This document shows, one piece after another, positions 27,852-37,241 of a stretch of DNA of 64,000 bases. A program made the translations under genes and the position numbers. The stretch's first letter is position 1. Each line of letters opens with the position of its first letter. The DNA is from Myxococcota bacterium (lineage in GTDB: Bacteria; Myxococcota_A; SURF-8; G963663525), in the NCBI GenBank assembly GCA_963676915.2, contig CAXXVK010000060.1, positions 153,514 through 217,513 on the forward strand, in the 5' to 3' direction. The notes under the pieces were generated by a model. It made no database searches. It was not told the DNA's origin and saw only the letters and a program-made list of their open reading frames with translations.

Positions 27852-28038
27852 GGCACCGCCGGATCATGCGGCGTTCATATATAACAGGTTTCGGATCGAA
27901 CCTCAGTAGCATTAGCCTTTTCCCCGGCCACAAGCCGGATCAGATAGCGCCCGGAATTTCCGGGTTCACCAGCCTACTAAGAGCCTTTTTCGGCCGATTC
28001 CTTGAACACCGCCTTGGTCATGATGGGTCCGACTGCGT
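27852..28038 (+). ncRNA. Rod-like structured RNA candidate, possibly 6S RNA (ssrS) or the rny leader
   Basis: The 5' arm 27859-27909 pairs with the 3' arm 27974-28031 through a series of short helices: ATCATG/CATGAT, GGCG/CGCC, TTCA/TGAA, AGG/CCT, TCGG/CCGA, CGAA/TTCG, CTC/GAG and AGTAG/CTACT. Two apical hairpins lie at 27924-27938 and 27950-27964. There is no ORF. It lies directly after zapA, as ssrS does in E. coli. Confidence 0.35.
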
Positions 28039-28088
28039 AAATCCGGTGAAATTCCGGGGTAATTTACCCTCTGACAAGGAGAAAAACT

Positions 28089-29651
28089 ATGCCTACGTGG
28101 CTTGCGATATTGTTGGTGTTGATGGCCGTTGGCGTCGGGATCGGCGCAGGCATCTATTTTCAGCAACTCAGGGAAAAGCTGGTCGCCAAGGAAGCCCGGC
28201 GAACCGCCGAAGGCATTGAAAGCGAAGCCAAAGCCAAAGCCGATCGCCTGTTGAAAGAAGCCGAGCTGAAAATCAAGGAACAGGAAATCCGCAATCAGGA
28301 GCGTTTCGAGAAAGAGGCCAAGCAGCAACGTGAAAAGCTTTCCCGAATCGAGCAACGGCTGGAGGAGAAAGAAGATAAAGTCACCCGCAAAATGGAGAAT
28401 CTCGAAAAGCGGGACGAAGAACTTTCACGACACAAAAACCGCCTCACCCAGAAAGAAAGCCTGCTGGATGACAAGGCGTTGAAAGCTGAAAAATTGCTGG
28501 AAGAGCGCAAAACGCAGCTCGAAGTCGTCGCCCAGATGACCAGTGAAGAAGCCCGACGCACCTTGATGGACCAGATGGTCGAGGAATCCAAACAACAGGC
28601 TGCGCAACACCTCAAGGTGATGGAAGAAGACGCCCGCGACATGGCCGAAATGAAGGCCAAAAACATCATCGCTCAAACCATTCAGCGCTACGCCGGGGAT
28701 TACGTCGCCGAAAAAACCGTCAGCGTGATCAGCCTGCCCAACGACGAAATGAAGGGCCGGATCATCGGCCGTGAGGGTCGGAACATCCGGGCGATCGAGG
28801 CGGCGACCGGTATTGATTTAATCATCGACGATACGCCCGAGGCGATCATCCTGTCCGGGTTCAACCCGATCCGCCGGGAAGTGGCTCGCATGGCCCTGGA
28901 ACGGCTGATTTCGGATGGCCGGATTCATCCGACCCGGATCGAGGAAATGGTGCAGAAATGCGAGCAGGAACTTGAAGGAAAGATCAAGGATTTCGGGCAA
29001 CAAGCCGCCATGGACTTGGGCATTCACGGCTTGCATCCCGAGTTGTTGAAACTGATCGGTCGTTTACGCTGGCGCACCAGTTACACCCAGAACGTCTGGG
29101 AACATTCGCTGGAAGTGGCTTATATGTCCGGCATGATGGCGTCCGAGCTGGGGATTTCGGTCAAGCAGGCGCGACGGGCCGGATTGCTGCACGATATCGG
29201 CAAGGCACTGACCCATGAAGTGGACGGCTCCCACGCCCTGATCGGTGCGCAACTGGCGAAAAAGTATGGCGAAACGCCGAAAATCGTCCACGCCATCAAG
29301 GCTCACCACGAAGAGGAAAAACCCGAAACCGTGCTGGCGGTGATCGTACAGGCCGCCGACAGTCTGTCCGGCGCACGCCCAGGCGCTCGAAAAGAAATCC
29401 TCGAATCCTACATCAAGCGCTTGTCCGATCTGGAGAACATCGCTCGTGGCTTCGACGGTGTGGACAAATCGTATGCGATTCAAGCAGGCCGGGAATTGCG
29501 GGTCATCGTGGAATCCCGCAAGGTCAACGACGCCGACGCGGTGATCCTCTCCAACGAAATCGCCAAGAAAGTCGAAGAGGATCTGACCTATCCGGGACAA
29601 ATCAAGGTTGTGGTCATCCGCGAAACCCGCGCCACGGGAGTTGCTCACTAA
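28089..29651 (+). CDS. rny: Ribonuclease Y
   Basis: N-terminal TM helix, a long E/K coiled coil, a KH domain (GRIIGREGRNIRAIE) and an HD domain (LLHDIGKA...). Confidence 0.95.
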   Translation: MPTWLAILLVLMAVGVGIGAGIYFQQLREKLVAKEARRTAEGIESEAKAKADRLLKEAELKIKEQEIRNQERFEKEAKQQREKLSRIEQRLEEKEDKVTRKMENLEKRDEELSRHKNRLTQKESLLDDKALKAEKLLEERKTQLEVVAQMTSEEARRTLMDQMVEESKQQAAQHLKVMEEDARDMAEMKAKNIIAQTIQRYAGDYVAEKTVSVISLPNDEMKGRIIGREGRNIRAIEAATGIDLIIDDTPEAIILSGFNPIRREVARMALERLISDGRIHPTRIEEMVQKCEQELEGKIKDFGQQAAMDLGIHGLHPELLKLIGRLRWRTSYTQNVWEHSLEVAYMSGMMASELGISVKQARRAGLLHDIGKALTHEVDGSHALIGAQLAKKYGETPKIVHAIKAHHEEEKPETVLAVIVQAADSLSGARPGARKEILESYIKRLSDLENIARGFDGVDKSYAIQAGRELRVIVESRKVNDADAVILSNEIAKKVEEDLTYPGQIKVVVIRETRATGVAH

Positions 29652-29678
29652 CTCTCCGAAAATATGAAAACTTTTGAG

Positions 29679-29709
29679 ACGCCTGCTGATTTTTCGGCAG
29701 GCGTTTTTC
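29679..29709 (+). terminator. Intrinsic terminator of rny
   Basis: ACGCCTGC / GCAGGCGT stem followed by TTTTT. Confidence 0.8.
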
Positions 29710-29714
29710 GTTGG

Positions 29715-29755
29715 GATAAGTAGGATAAGTAGGTCGGGCAAATTTCTTGCCCGAC
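29715..29755 (+). repeat. REP element: tandem GATAAGTAG x2, with GTAG directly ahead of the hairpin GTCGGGCAA-ATTTC-TTGCCCGAC
   Basis: Perfect 9-bp stem. The 30-nt stretch 29728-29757 is identical to 45003-45032. Confidence 0.75.
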
Positions 29756-29815
29756 ATTGCCAAGGAATCGGTAGGGTAGCACGAACCAAGCATAGGGTAG
29801 CGACTGTGATTGAAG

Positions 29816-29852
29816 GGAAGTAGGAAGTAGGTCGGGTGAGGAATTATCCGAC
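29816..29852 (+). repeat. REP element variant: GGAAGTAG GAAGTAG followed by the hairpin GTCGG...CCGAC
   Basis: It has the same GTAG head and GTCGG/CCGAC stem, but the loop has diverged. Confidence 0.55.
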
Positions 29853-29867
29853 CTGCGGAGTTTATTT

Positions 29868-30260
29868 TCACTTTTTCAATGGATCAGTCCCGATAAAAGG
29901 TAAAAATGGTTCCGAACCTTCTTTTAATATTCCATTGTCTGTAAAAGAGTAAATGTCCCGATAATTCATACTTGAGGTATAATAACCTCCACTAAATGAG
30001 TACGGATCTTTTCCTTTCACTGTATGAACCAATATCTTAATCTGGCTTTCTGCACAGGCTAAAGGAATAACAATTTCAATGCTGTTGCTCTCATCTAGAT
30101 TCTTGAAAATTCTTTTCTTCTGGCAATTGAATATAGTAATTCGTTCAATTTTATTGATGCTGTTGTTTTTAACAAGTATGTAGAGATTATTATCCCATGC
30201 GATGATCGAAAGGATAATTGCAATACATAGAAAAAACGTGATAATGATTTTTTTAGCCAT
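29868..30260 (-). CDS. Orphan small membrane-anchored protein in an AT-rich island
   Basis: A 130-aa ORF is open in a visibly AT-rich stretch, where stop codons should be frequent. N-terminal TM helix KKIIITFFLCIAIILSIIAW. No Shine-Dalgarno sequence and no recognisable family. Confidence 0.45.
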   Translation of the reverse strand: MAKKIIITFFLCIAIILSIIAWDNNLYILVKNNSINKIERITIFNCQKKRIFKNLDESNSIEIVIPLACAESQIKILVHTVKGKDPYSFSGGYYTSSMNYRDIYSFTDNGILKEGSEPFLPFIGTDPLKK

Positions 30261-30338
30261 TTGTTAATACTTATGGTGCGTAACATCACCATTTTACCAC
30301 AGCAAACACCTGAAAACTGACACAATAAGGATCATGCA

Positions 30339-30397
30339 ATGTCGGGTAAATTCTTAACCCGACATTGGCAAAGTGTCGGGCAAGAAATTTGCCCGAC
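30339..30397. repeat. Two REP-family hairpins (30339-30365, and 30375-30397 in inverted orientation)
   Basis: ATGTCGGGTAAATTCTTAACCCGACAT, and GTCGGGCAAGAAATTTGCCCGAC, which is the reverse complement of the 29733 hairpin. Confidence 0.7.
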
Positions 30398-30458
30398 CTC
30401 CTCGTAACTTGCCCCAACGAACTAAAGCCAATCGACTAACTAGTAAAAAAACGATATC

Positions 30459-31145
30459 TTACGGCCATTCGATGCCGATGGTCGAATCCAGCGCCCAGTG
30501 ATGGCCGAACTTGAATGAATCGATGGGTTGGGGCAGGTTGGGAGCTTTGATACCGGTTGCGCCGTAAAGAATGGAAATCTCGTAAACTACCGCCCAGTTT
30601 TTCGAGAGCGACGGATACCAGGTTCCCGACAACGGCAGGCGAAAAAACAATTCCCCGCCATAAAGAATTTTATCGCTTAAAATCACGCCGAGTTTCGGTC
30701 CCAAACCGGCTGAAATCACCCAATGTCCGAACACCCAACGATACGCCGTGCCGAAATACGCGCCCAATCCTGCAATCACGCTGAGTTCATCGCAATGGGA
30801 AAGAGAAAAATACGGTGTGAAATCGAAGATATACCCCGATCCCCCGCGTTTGATCCCGAAGTTGAGCAACCAGCCATGGCGGTCATCGACGATCAGGCCG
30901 GGGGCTGTGTTCACCGGGTCGGTCCCCGGACCTTTGGGGGTGTATTGCAACCGGTATTTTCCCTGATACAAGTATCCTATACGCGGGGACAGTTCGATTT
31001 TCGACAGTTTTTTCTTTCTCGGATGGTTCTCTTTGGTTTCGGCGGCATATCCACTGGAGAAGCACAACATACAAACGATCATCGAGACCAGCGTGATCCA
31101 CGCCAAGCCCGGCACCATTTTCGTTTGCTTCGATCCCCGATCCAT
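30459..31145 (-). CDS. Secreted, possibly beta-barrel, protein of unknown function
   Basis: Start at MDRGSKQTKMVPGLAW... with a signal peptide ending in GYAAE. The body is Gly/aromatic-rich with alternating-polarity strands and a C-terminal aromatic residue. Confidence 0.5.
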   Translation of the reverse strand: MDRGSKQTKMVPGLAWITLVSMIVCMLCFSSGYAAETKENHPRKKKLSKIELSPRIGYLYQGKYRLQYTPKGPGTDPVNTAPGLIVDDRHGWLLNFGIKRGGSGYIFDFTPYFSLSHCDELSVIAGLGAYFGTAYRWVFGHWVISAGLGPKLGVILSDKILYGGELFFRLPLSGTWYPSLSKNWAVVYEISILYGATGIKAPNLPQPIDSFKFGHHWALDSTIGIEWP

Positions 31146-31347
31146 ATCGTACCCTATCCTTGACCGTTCGAGAAAGGCCAGTATAGAGCAAGCGCTTTCC
31201 GGCGGCAAGGAACGGTTGCCGATCATCTTTCAGACGACTTCGTCGCCGGTCTCGACTTGAAAGACTCCCGGTATTCCACGTCTCGCCAACAACGAATCCG
31301 TCTCGAAATTGCCTCGAAATCCTCGGTCGCTAATTTTAGGATAGCTT

Positions 31348-33090
31348 CTACTCGAAAGTTGCGGGCGGCTTTTCCTGGCTGCCGAACGGGTCTTCGACGT
31401 TCAGGCGTTTTTCCCGCTGTAATCGGAGTTTTTTCATGCGTCGTTTTTTGATCTGGATAACCATAAAGATCAAGAGCAGCACGGCTAGCAACGATACGAT
31501 CAATTGCATCCGAAATACTTTGTAATAGGGCAAATACCCCCAAAGCGTGTCACCTCGCACCATAACGTTGCGAATATCGAGCAGACGCTCCCGGTCTTTG
31601 GGGGAACGAATGTCCCGAGATAGCGACAAAGCGTAGTTGATCTCGTTGATGGCCAGCGCCTGATTGGTATCGTAATATACGATAGCTTTGGCGAAATGCA
31701 GGAAAGGATCGGTCAACGATTGGTCATCGGCATGGTCGAGCCGTTTGACGGCTTGCTCGTATTCGCCCATATGCCAATGGGACAACGCCGCATATCCGGC
31801 GATACGACTCATCGAATTGTCGAGAATTTCCAGTTTGGCAAGACCCAATTGTGCGTCTCGATAGCGGTTGGAATGAAAATCCGCCACGGTTCTGGCCCAG
31901 AGCGCAAAGATATCGTCCGGGTTTTTCGCTTCCCGAGCTTTCAGGCGTTTGTCGAAGTGGCGGTTGCCATCGAGTTCGAAAAACAGGTCATCGAAGGACG
32001 GAACCAGTTGTTTGTTTTTCGTCGGTTCCAGATCGTAGGCCGCTTCCAGCATTTCGGCGGCTTCCAGGTAGTTTCCGCTTTCATAGCGACAAGATCCCAG
32101 AGGAACGAAAAGCTTGCGCCGCAAATCGTCGGCCTGCCCCATGGTATCGAGCATCAGAGCTTCCAGTTCATCGCACAAACCGCCACCGGAATAGAGATCG
32201 ATCAATCGTTTTTGCAGCACCGTACAGAGGGGATAACGGCGCATTCCGGCTTTGGATATGCTTGATGCCTGATTGAAAAGTTGTCTTTTTTCAAGCAGTT
32301 GAGATGTCCAGACCAGGGTTTTGCATACCGCATGACGCGAGATCGGGCTTTCGGCCTGGTACACGCGATCGAGCAAGGCATAAGCATCTTCGCTCTTGCC
32401 CTGCAACAGATGCGTGCGCGCCATCTCGCGCATGGCGATTTCCCACAACGTTTCGTCCTCGGCTTCTTCCGTATACGGAGTCAACAGACGGACCGCCGTT
32501 TCGAATTGACCACGCTGGGTGGCCAGTGCCGCTTCGAAAATCTCCAATTGACCGAGCTTGTTTTGAGAAGACAAGTCCGAGCGCATCGACTCCCACAGGT
32601 GTGGCATGGCATCGAGGATAGCGGTTTTGTAGTAATTTTGAAACGTTAGACCGAAAGCGTCGTCGGGCCGTTGTTCGACTTTCTTTTCTGAAACATTCCA
32701 TTTCCATTTCGGCAAGCCGGGAACAGCCGCCGTAAACGCCTGCCATGCCGGAAGAATCGTTTCGGGAATCGGGTCGGTCTCGACACCAACCGCCACCGAA
32801 CCGATAATTTTTGCTCCGGAAGAGCGTTGTTGCGGATGAAGCAAGCGGAAACAAACCTGAACGTCGCTGTTTTCTTTCAGCTTCAGACAGGTTCGAACGC
32901 TGTCCTGACTGATGACGATATCGGTGAATTCACTGGTGGAAGGCAAGGCGGATTTCGCCTTATCGAAAAACCGCTGGACACCGGCCTGGCCTTCTTCATC
33001 GATGACCCAATGCGTTGTTTCTCCCATTAGTAAGGAAGGGAAAATCCACAACCCAAGTATCCCCATCCACATACCGATGAATTTCCCCAT
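31348..33090 (-). CDS. TPR-repeat protein with a signal peptide and a C-terminal TM anchor
   Basis: 580 aa with TPR-like repeats throughout, a hydrophobic helix LIVSLLAVLLLIFMVI near the C-terminus, and then a basic tail. Confidence 0.7.
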   Translation of the reverse strand: MGKFIGMWMGILGLWIFPSLLMGETTHWVIDEEGQAGVQRFFDKAKSALPSTSEFTDIVISQDSVRTCLKLKENSDVQVCFRLLHPQQRSSGAKIIGSVAVGVETDPIPETILPAWQAFTAAVPGLPKWKWNVSEKKVEQRPDDAFGLTFQNYYKTAILDAMPHLWESMRSDLSSQNKLGQLEIFEAALATQRGQFETAVRLLTPYTEEAEDETLWEIAMREMARTHLLQGKSEDAYALLDRVYQAESPISRHAVCKTLVWTSQLLEKRQLFNQASSISKAGMRRYPLCTVLQKRLIDLYSGGGLCDELEALMLDTMGQADDLRRKLFVPLGSCRYESGNYLEAAEMLEAAYDLEPTKNKQLVPSFDDLFFELDGNRHFDKRLKAREAKNPDDIFALWARTVADFHSNRYRDAQLGLAKLEILDNSMSRIAGYAALSHWHMGEYEQAVKRLDHADDQSLTDPFLHFAKAIVYYDTNQALAINEINYALSLSRDIRSPKDRERLLDIRNVMVRGDTLWGYLPYYKVFRMQLIVSLLAVLLLIFMVIQIKKRRMKKLRLQREKRLNVEDPFGSQEKPPATFE

Positions 33091-33481
33091 TGGCTTCGCT
33101 CCCGATTTTGTGCTAACATTTTACCGACGGATTTTCATGGTAGTGGATTCGCTACGATCTTCCAAGGGAAAATCCGCAGCCTGACAAGGATGGGGCGGAT
33201 TTTTTCATGCGTTTCATGCCTGATGGACTCTTTTCGTCAGGGCGGCGGGTGATACGACGGGAAATGTAGTGCGGGTTCACATATGGCGAGAATTCGAAAA
33301 CTTTGGCTGCAAGCGGGGTTTTTTCGTGGATTTTCGCAGGACTTTCTACGTGCGAAATGAAGGAATTCCGGCCAAAGGTTTGCGGTATCGTGTGCCTTCT
33401 GATAGAATTATGTGCTGAGAATTACAAAAAATTCAGGTTTGCCCCGGATTTTTACCGTGCTCTTCCAGGAGTGGAAACCTC

Positions 33482-36400
33482 ATGAAAATTACATGCGGAA
33501 CCTGCTCCGCCAAATTTAAAGTGGCGGACAGCAAAATTCCGGACAAAGGGGTCGTGATCAAGTGTCCGAAATGCGGATCACCCATTCAAGTGGAAAAAGA
33601 AATTCCCGCCGAGGAGGCCGCACCTCAGGATCAGACACTGGACCCGTTGGATCTTCCTCCCGCGCCGGATTTCAATTCGGATTTGCCTCCGGCCGAGGAT
33701 GTCGATGTGTTCGGCGCTGCAATTCAGGCTCCTCCCGAGGATGACGACGATGCTGGCGGGGTCACGTCCGGGACATTGTCGGATACGCAATTCAGTTTCG
33801 ACGATCTCGGTCTGGACGAGGATCTCTCCCGTTCTGTGGACGATGACGATCTGTTCGATACCATTTCACCCGATTCGATTCCGACGGCCCCGGATATTTC
33901 CCTGGGCGATACGGAAGCACCCGCTTCCGCGTCGGCAGATGGCGTTGGGAAACTCGGTGCGACGAAATACGAGTTGGAAACCGGTTCGCAACAGGAAGAC
34001 ACCAGTTCTCTGACCCGTTTCGATCCCCTTCCCGCCGACACGCAATTCGGTGAAGATGCTACGGATTTCGGAGAAATCGATTACACCGGCAGCGATCAGG
34101 CTACCCAGGCGGTGTCCGACCCGCAAACCCAGATCGAGTCGGCCGAAGGTTCTCAGACGTTCAGCGAAATGGATATCGACCTTCCGGCTCCACCGGAAGA
34201 AGGCGGTCTGACCCAGTTCGCATCCCCCGACCAGTTAACCGGATTCGGCGAAGAAGATACGGATTTCGGTGCCGGGACGGACGTTACGGATTTCGGTGGA
34301 CGAGGCAACGAATTCACGGATTTCGGAGATCGCACGAATTTCGGCGATGTCGAGCAGTTGGGAGATGAACTTCTCGATCACCTGACCGATTTCGACACCA
34401 AAAAGACGTTTTCGGTCAAACGTCCCAGTGGGGATGTTGTCGGTCCTTTCACCGAAGATGCTATCCTGGACATGCTGGCTCGGGGCAAGCTTTCCGGCGA
34501 GGAACTGGTTGGTAAAGAGGACGACTGGACCCCGATCGTGGAAGTCGAAGCTTTTTCGGATGCCGCGCTTCAGGCACGTTCCCAGTTGGACTCGACCGAG
34601 GCCGTGATTCCGCAGGAATCGGAATCTCTGCTGAAAGAACGGGAACGCATTCAGGACGAAGCCAAACGCCGACGTCGGGCCGGTTCGCTCGATGTCGTTA
34701 CCGGCGCTCGCGAAGGCAAACGACTTTTCAGCGGGAAAATTCTGGTCGCGCTACCGGTGATTGCCGTTCTGGCATTGGCCTTTGTATACTTCACGTTCAT
34801 CGAAGAACGAGGCATCATCGACATTCTCACCGGCCACGATCCGTTGGAAGATGCGTACAAAGTCCGACTTTCCAACAATTCTCCGGCCTTGGTGTCCAAG
34901 TACAGCGAATACCTTTCGTTGATGTACAAAGACGACTTCCCCAGTTTGAGCAAAGCCCGCGAAAAGACACTGGAGACGCTCCAAGCCGAAAGCCCGTTCT
35001 GGGGAGAGGAACTGTTCCATGCCCTGCTTCATCTGGCGAATACGGAAATCATTCGCCGCTATGGTGGAGGCGTGCAGCTTCAACAGGAAGTCCAAAAGTC
35101 CGATGAAATCCTCCGGGCGGCGCAGGTGGTCAAAGACGACCCGGAATTCCACTTAGCCTTCGGTTCCTGGAATCTATGGAAACGGCATTACGATACTGCG
35201 AAAAAAGAGTTCACCGAAGCGCTTTCGCTGTTCGGAAATCCCAACCACGAACGAACCTTGCATTTGCTGGCGGAAACCTACATTTTCCTTCCCGAAAAAG
35301 AACAGGGCTACCAGCACCTGAACAAACTCATCGAAAGCGACAAGGCCAACGCTCGAACGTATATCTTGTACGGATTGCTCTACGTTTCGGAAAAACGATT
35401 CGAAGAAGCTCGCGATCAATTCAACAAAGCACTTGAAATCGACCCGGAAAACCTGGACGCCCAGATCGAACTGGCGGCCACGACCATGTACCTGCCGCAG
35501 GGAGAATCCAAGTCGATCAAAGAGCTGACCGAGATCAAAAACAAGAATCCCGATCGTCTTGCCCGTCGGCAACTGGGTAATATTCATTACTACCTTTCTC
35601 TTGTCTACAAACGCCTCGATCAGTTGTACAAACAACAAAAAGAGTTGTTGGCCGCAATCGAGCAGGAGCCGGACAACTACATTTACCGTTTGAAGCTCGG
35701 GTATTTCCATCTCAACAAGCACGAGTACGAAAAAGCGGAAGAGCAGTTCGAGCACTGCAAGCTCAAAGCGCCGAAGGTAGCGGCCTGTCACGTCGGACTG
35801 GGAGAAGTGTTCCTGGCGACCAACCGCCCCGACCAGGCGTTATTCGTCATGGACAAAGTGGTCAAATGGGCCGCCAACGATTCCGAGGTTCATTTCCTTT
35901 TGGGTCGATCCTACGAAGGAATTTTCAAGCCGAAACTGGCGCTTGCGGAATTCAAAAAAGCCATGCAGCTCGATGGCAACCAGGTCCGGTATTTCACCCA
36001 CACGGCCATGATGCACCTCAAGGATGGCAACCAGGTGGAAGCGGGTAACATGATTCAGCAGGCGTTGATGAAAGACCCGAATTCTTCATGGGTTTTCAAT
36101 GCCTTGGGTGAAATGCAACTCTACCAGAAAGACAACGCCACGGCGATCGAATCGTTCAAGGGAGCGATCAAAGCCAATCCGAAATTCATTCCGGCATTGT
36201 ACAATCTAGCCAACCTGTATCGCGACCAGGGACTGTACAGGCAAGCGATCGAAGAATACGACAAGGTGTTGGCACTCGACGAAAAGAGCGACCGTGCCCA
36301 CTACGGTCTGGCAACGACGTATCTTGCACAGAAGCAACTCGATAAAGCCGTGGCCGAATTCGAACGGGCTTTGAGTCTCAATCGCCGCAATGCCGATTAT

Positions 36401-37159
36401 TATTTCAATGCCGGTCTGGCCTACTACCAGAACGGCGAACGCGACGAAGCCCAAAAGCATTTCAACAAGGCCATCGAGCTTGCACCCAACCACAGTGGAG
36501 CGATGTTCTGGCGAGGCCGTGTCTATGCCGACCTGCTTCAATTCGACAAAGCCGTGGAAGCCTACGAGGCCGCTATTCAGCTCGACAAGGAAAACCCGAA
36601 AATTTACTACCACTTGGGAATGGTTTTCGAGCAACAGGACAAACCCGGCGACGCCATCGATCAATTCGATGCGGCATTGAAGTTGAAACCGGACTTCCCG
36701 GATGTTTACGTGCGCCTGGGACTGGTGTACATGAGCCAGAACCGGATCATCCAAGCCATCAAGATGTTCAAAAACGCGCGTGACCTGAAAACCGGCGACA
36801 TTGTGGCTACATTGGGTTTGGGGGATTGTTACGTCAGTCTCCAGCGCTACCAAAAAGCTATCAAGCTGTTCAAAGAAGCCATCGGTCGCAATCCCAATAA
36901 TGCTCAGGCGCATTTCAAGCTTGGTGACGCCTACGCCCAGCAGTTGAAGTTCAAGGCGGCTCTACCCCATTTGAAGCGGGCTTTCAACCTCGATCCTCTC
37001 GATCCACAAACCAACCGGCAGTTGGGTTTCGTGTACAAAGGACTGGATCAGAAAGCGTTGGCGATCCGTCATTTCCAGAATTATCTGGGACTGGAAGAGG
37101 AAAACAACGAGCAGGAAGATATCGAGGAAATCATTCTTCGAATGCGCAAAAACCTGTAA
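33482..37159 (+). CDS. Giant MJ0042-type zinc-ribbon / acidic repeat / GYF_2-like / TM / multi-TPR protein
   Basis: N-terminus MKITCGTCSAKFKV...KCPKCGS, a D/E-rich region with TDFG repeats, a GYF-like block (VGPFTEDAILDMLARGKLSGEELV...WTPI), one TM helix, and then about 20 TPR repeats. Confidence 0.85.
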   Translation: MKITCGTCSAKFKVADSKIPDKGVVIKCPKCGSPIQVEKEIPAEEAAPQDQTLDPLDLPPAPDFNSDLPPAEDVDVFGAAIQAPPEDDDDAGGVTSGTLSDTQFSFDDLGLDEDLSRSVDDDDLFDTISPDSIPTAPDISLGDTEAPASASADGVGKLGATKYELETGSQQEDTSSLTRFDPLPADTQFGEDATDFGEIDYTGSDQATQAVSDPQTQIESAEGSQTFSEMDIDLPAPPEEGGLTQFASPDQLTGFGEEDTDFGAGTDVTDFGGRGNEFTDFGDRTNFGDVEQLGDELLDHLTDFDTKKTFSVKRPSGDVVGPFTEDAILDMLARGKLSGEELVGKEDDWTPIVEVEAFSDAALQARSQLDSTEAVIPQESESLLKERERIQDEAKRRRRAGSLDVVTGAREGKRLFSGKILVALPVIAVLALAFVYFTFIEERGIIDILTGHDPLEDAYKVRLSNNSPALVSKYSEYLSLMYKDDFPSLSKAREKTLETLQAESPFWGEELFHALLHLANTEIIRRYGGGVQLQQEVQKSDEILRAAQVVKDDPEFHLAFGSWNLWKRHYDTAKKEFTEALSLFGNPNHERTLHLLAETYIFLPEKEQGYQHLNKLIESDKANARTYILYGLLYVSEKRFEEARDQFNKALEIDPENLDAQIELAATTMYLPQGESKSIKELTEIKNKNPDRLARRQLGNIHYYLSLVYKRLDQLYKQQKELLAAIEQEPDNYIYRLKLGYFHLNKHEYEKAEEQFEHCKLKAPKVAACHVGLGEVFLATNRPDQALFVMDKVVKWAANDSEVHFLLGRSYEGIFKPKLALAEFKKAMQLDGNQVRYFTHTAMMHLKDGNQVEAGNMIQQALMKDPNSSWVFNALGEMQLYQKDNATAIESFKGAIKANPKFIPALYNLANLYRDQGLYRQAIEEYDKVLALDEKSDRAHYGLATTYLAQKQLDKAVAEFERALSLNRRNADYYFNAGLAYYQNGERDEAQKHFNKAIELAPNHSGAMFWRGRVYADLLQFDKAVEAYEAAIQLDKENPKIYYHLGMVFEQQDKPGDAIDQFDAALKLKPDFPDVYVRLGLVYMSQNRIIQAIKMFKNARDLKTGDIVATLGLGDCYVSLQRYQKAIKLFKEAIGRNPNNAQAHFKLGDAYAQQLKFKAALPHLKRAFNLDPLDPQTNRQLGFVYKGLDQKALAIRHFQNYLGLEEENNEQEDIEEIILRMRKNL

Positions 37160-37177
37160 TTGTTAGATTTTTCACGC

Positions 37178-37210
37178 TTTTTTTACCCCGCCTATACGGC
37201 GGGGTTTTTC
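37178..37210. terminator. Bidirectional intrinsic terminator between convergent genes
   Basis: ACCCCGCC-TATAC-GGCGGGGT stem flanked by a T-run on each side (CTTTTTTT on the left, TTTTT on the right). Confidence 0.8.
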
Positions 37211-37241
37211 GTGTCTGACGACAAAGAGGCGAAATCGCTAT

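Noticed and set aside
33168-33208. A hairpin AAAATCCGC...GCGGATTTTTT that resembles a plus-strand terminator upstream of the giant TPR gene.
   Set aside because: The 17-nt loop is long, there is no identifiable upstream promoter or gene on the plus strand, and it lies in the promoter/leader region of the divergent 31348-33090 gene. The evidence is insufficient for an sRNA call.
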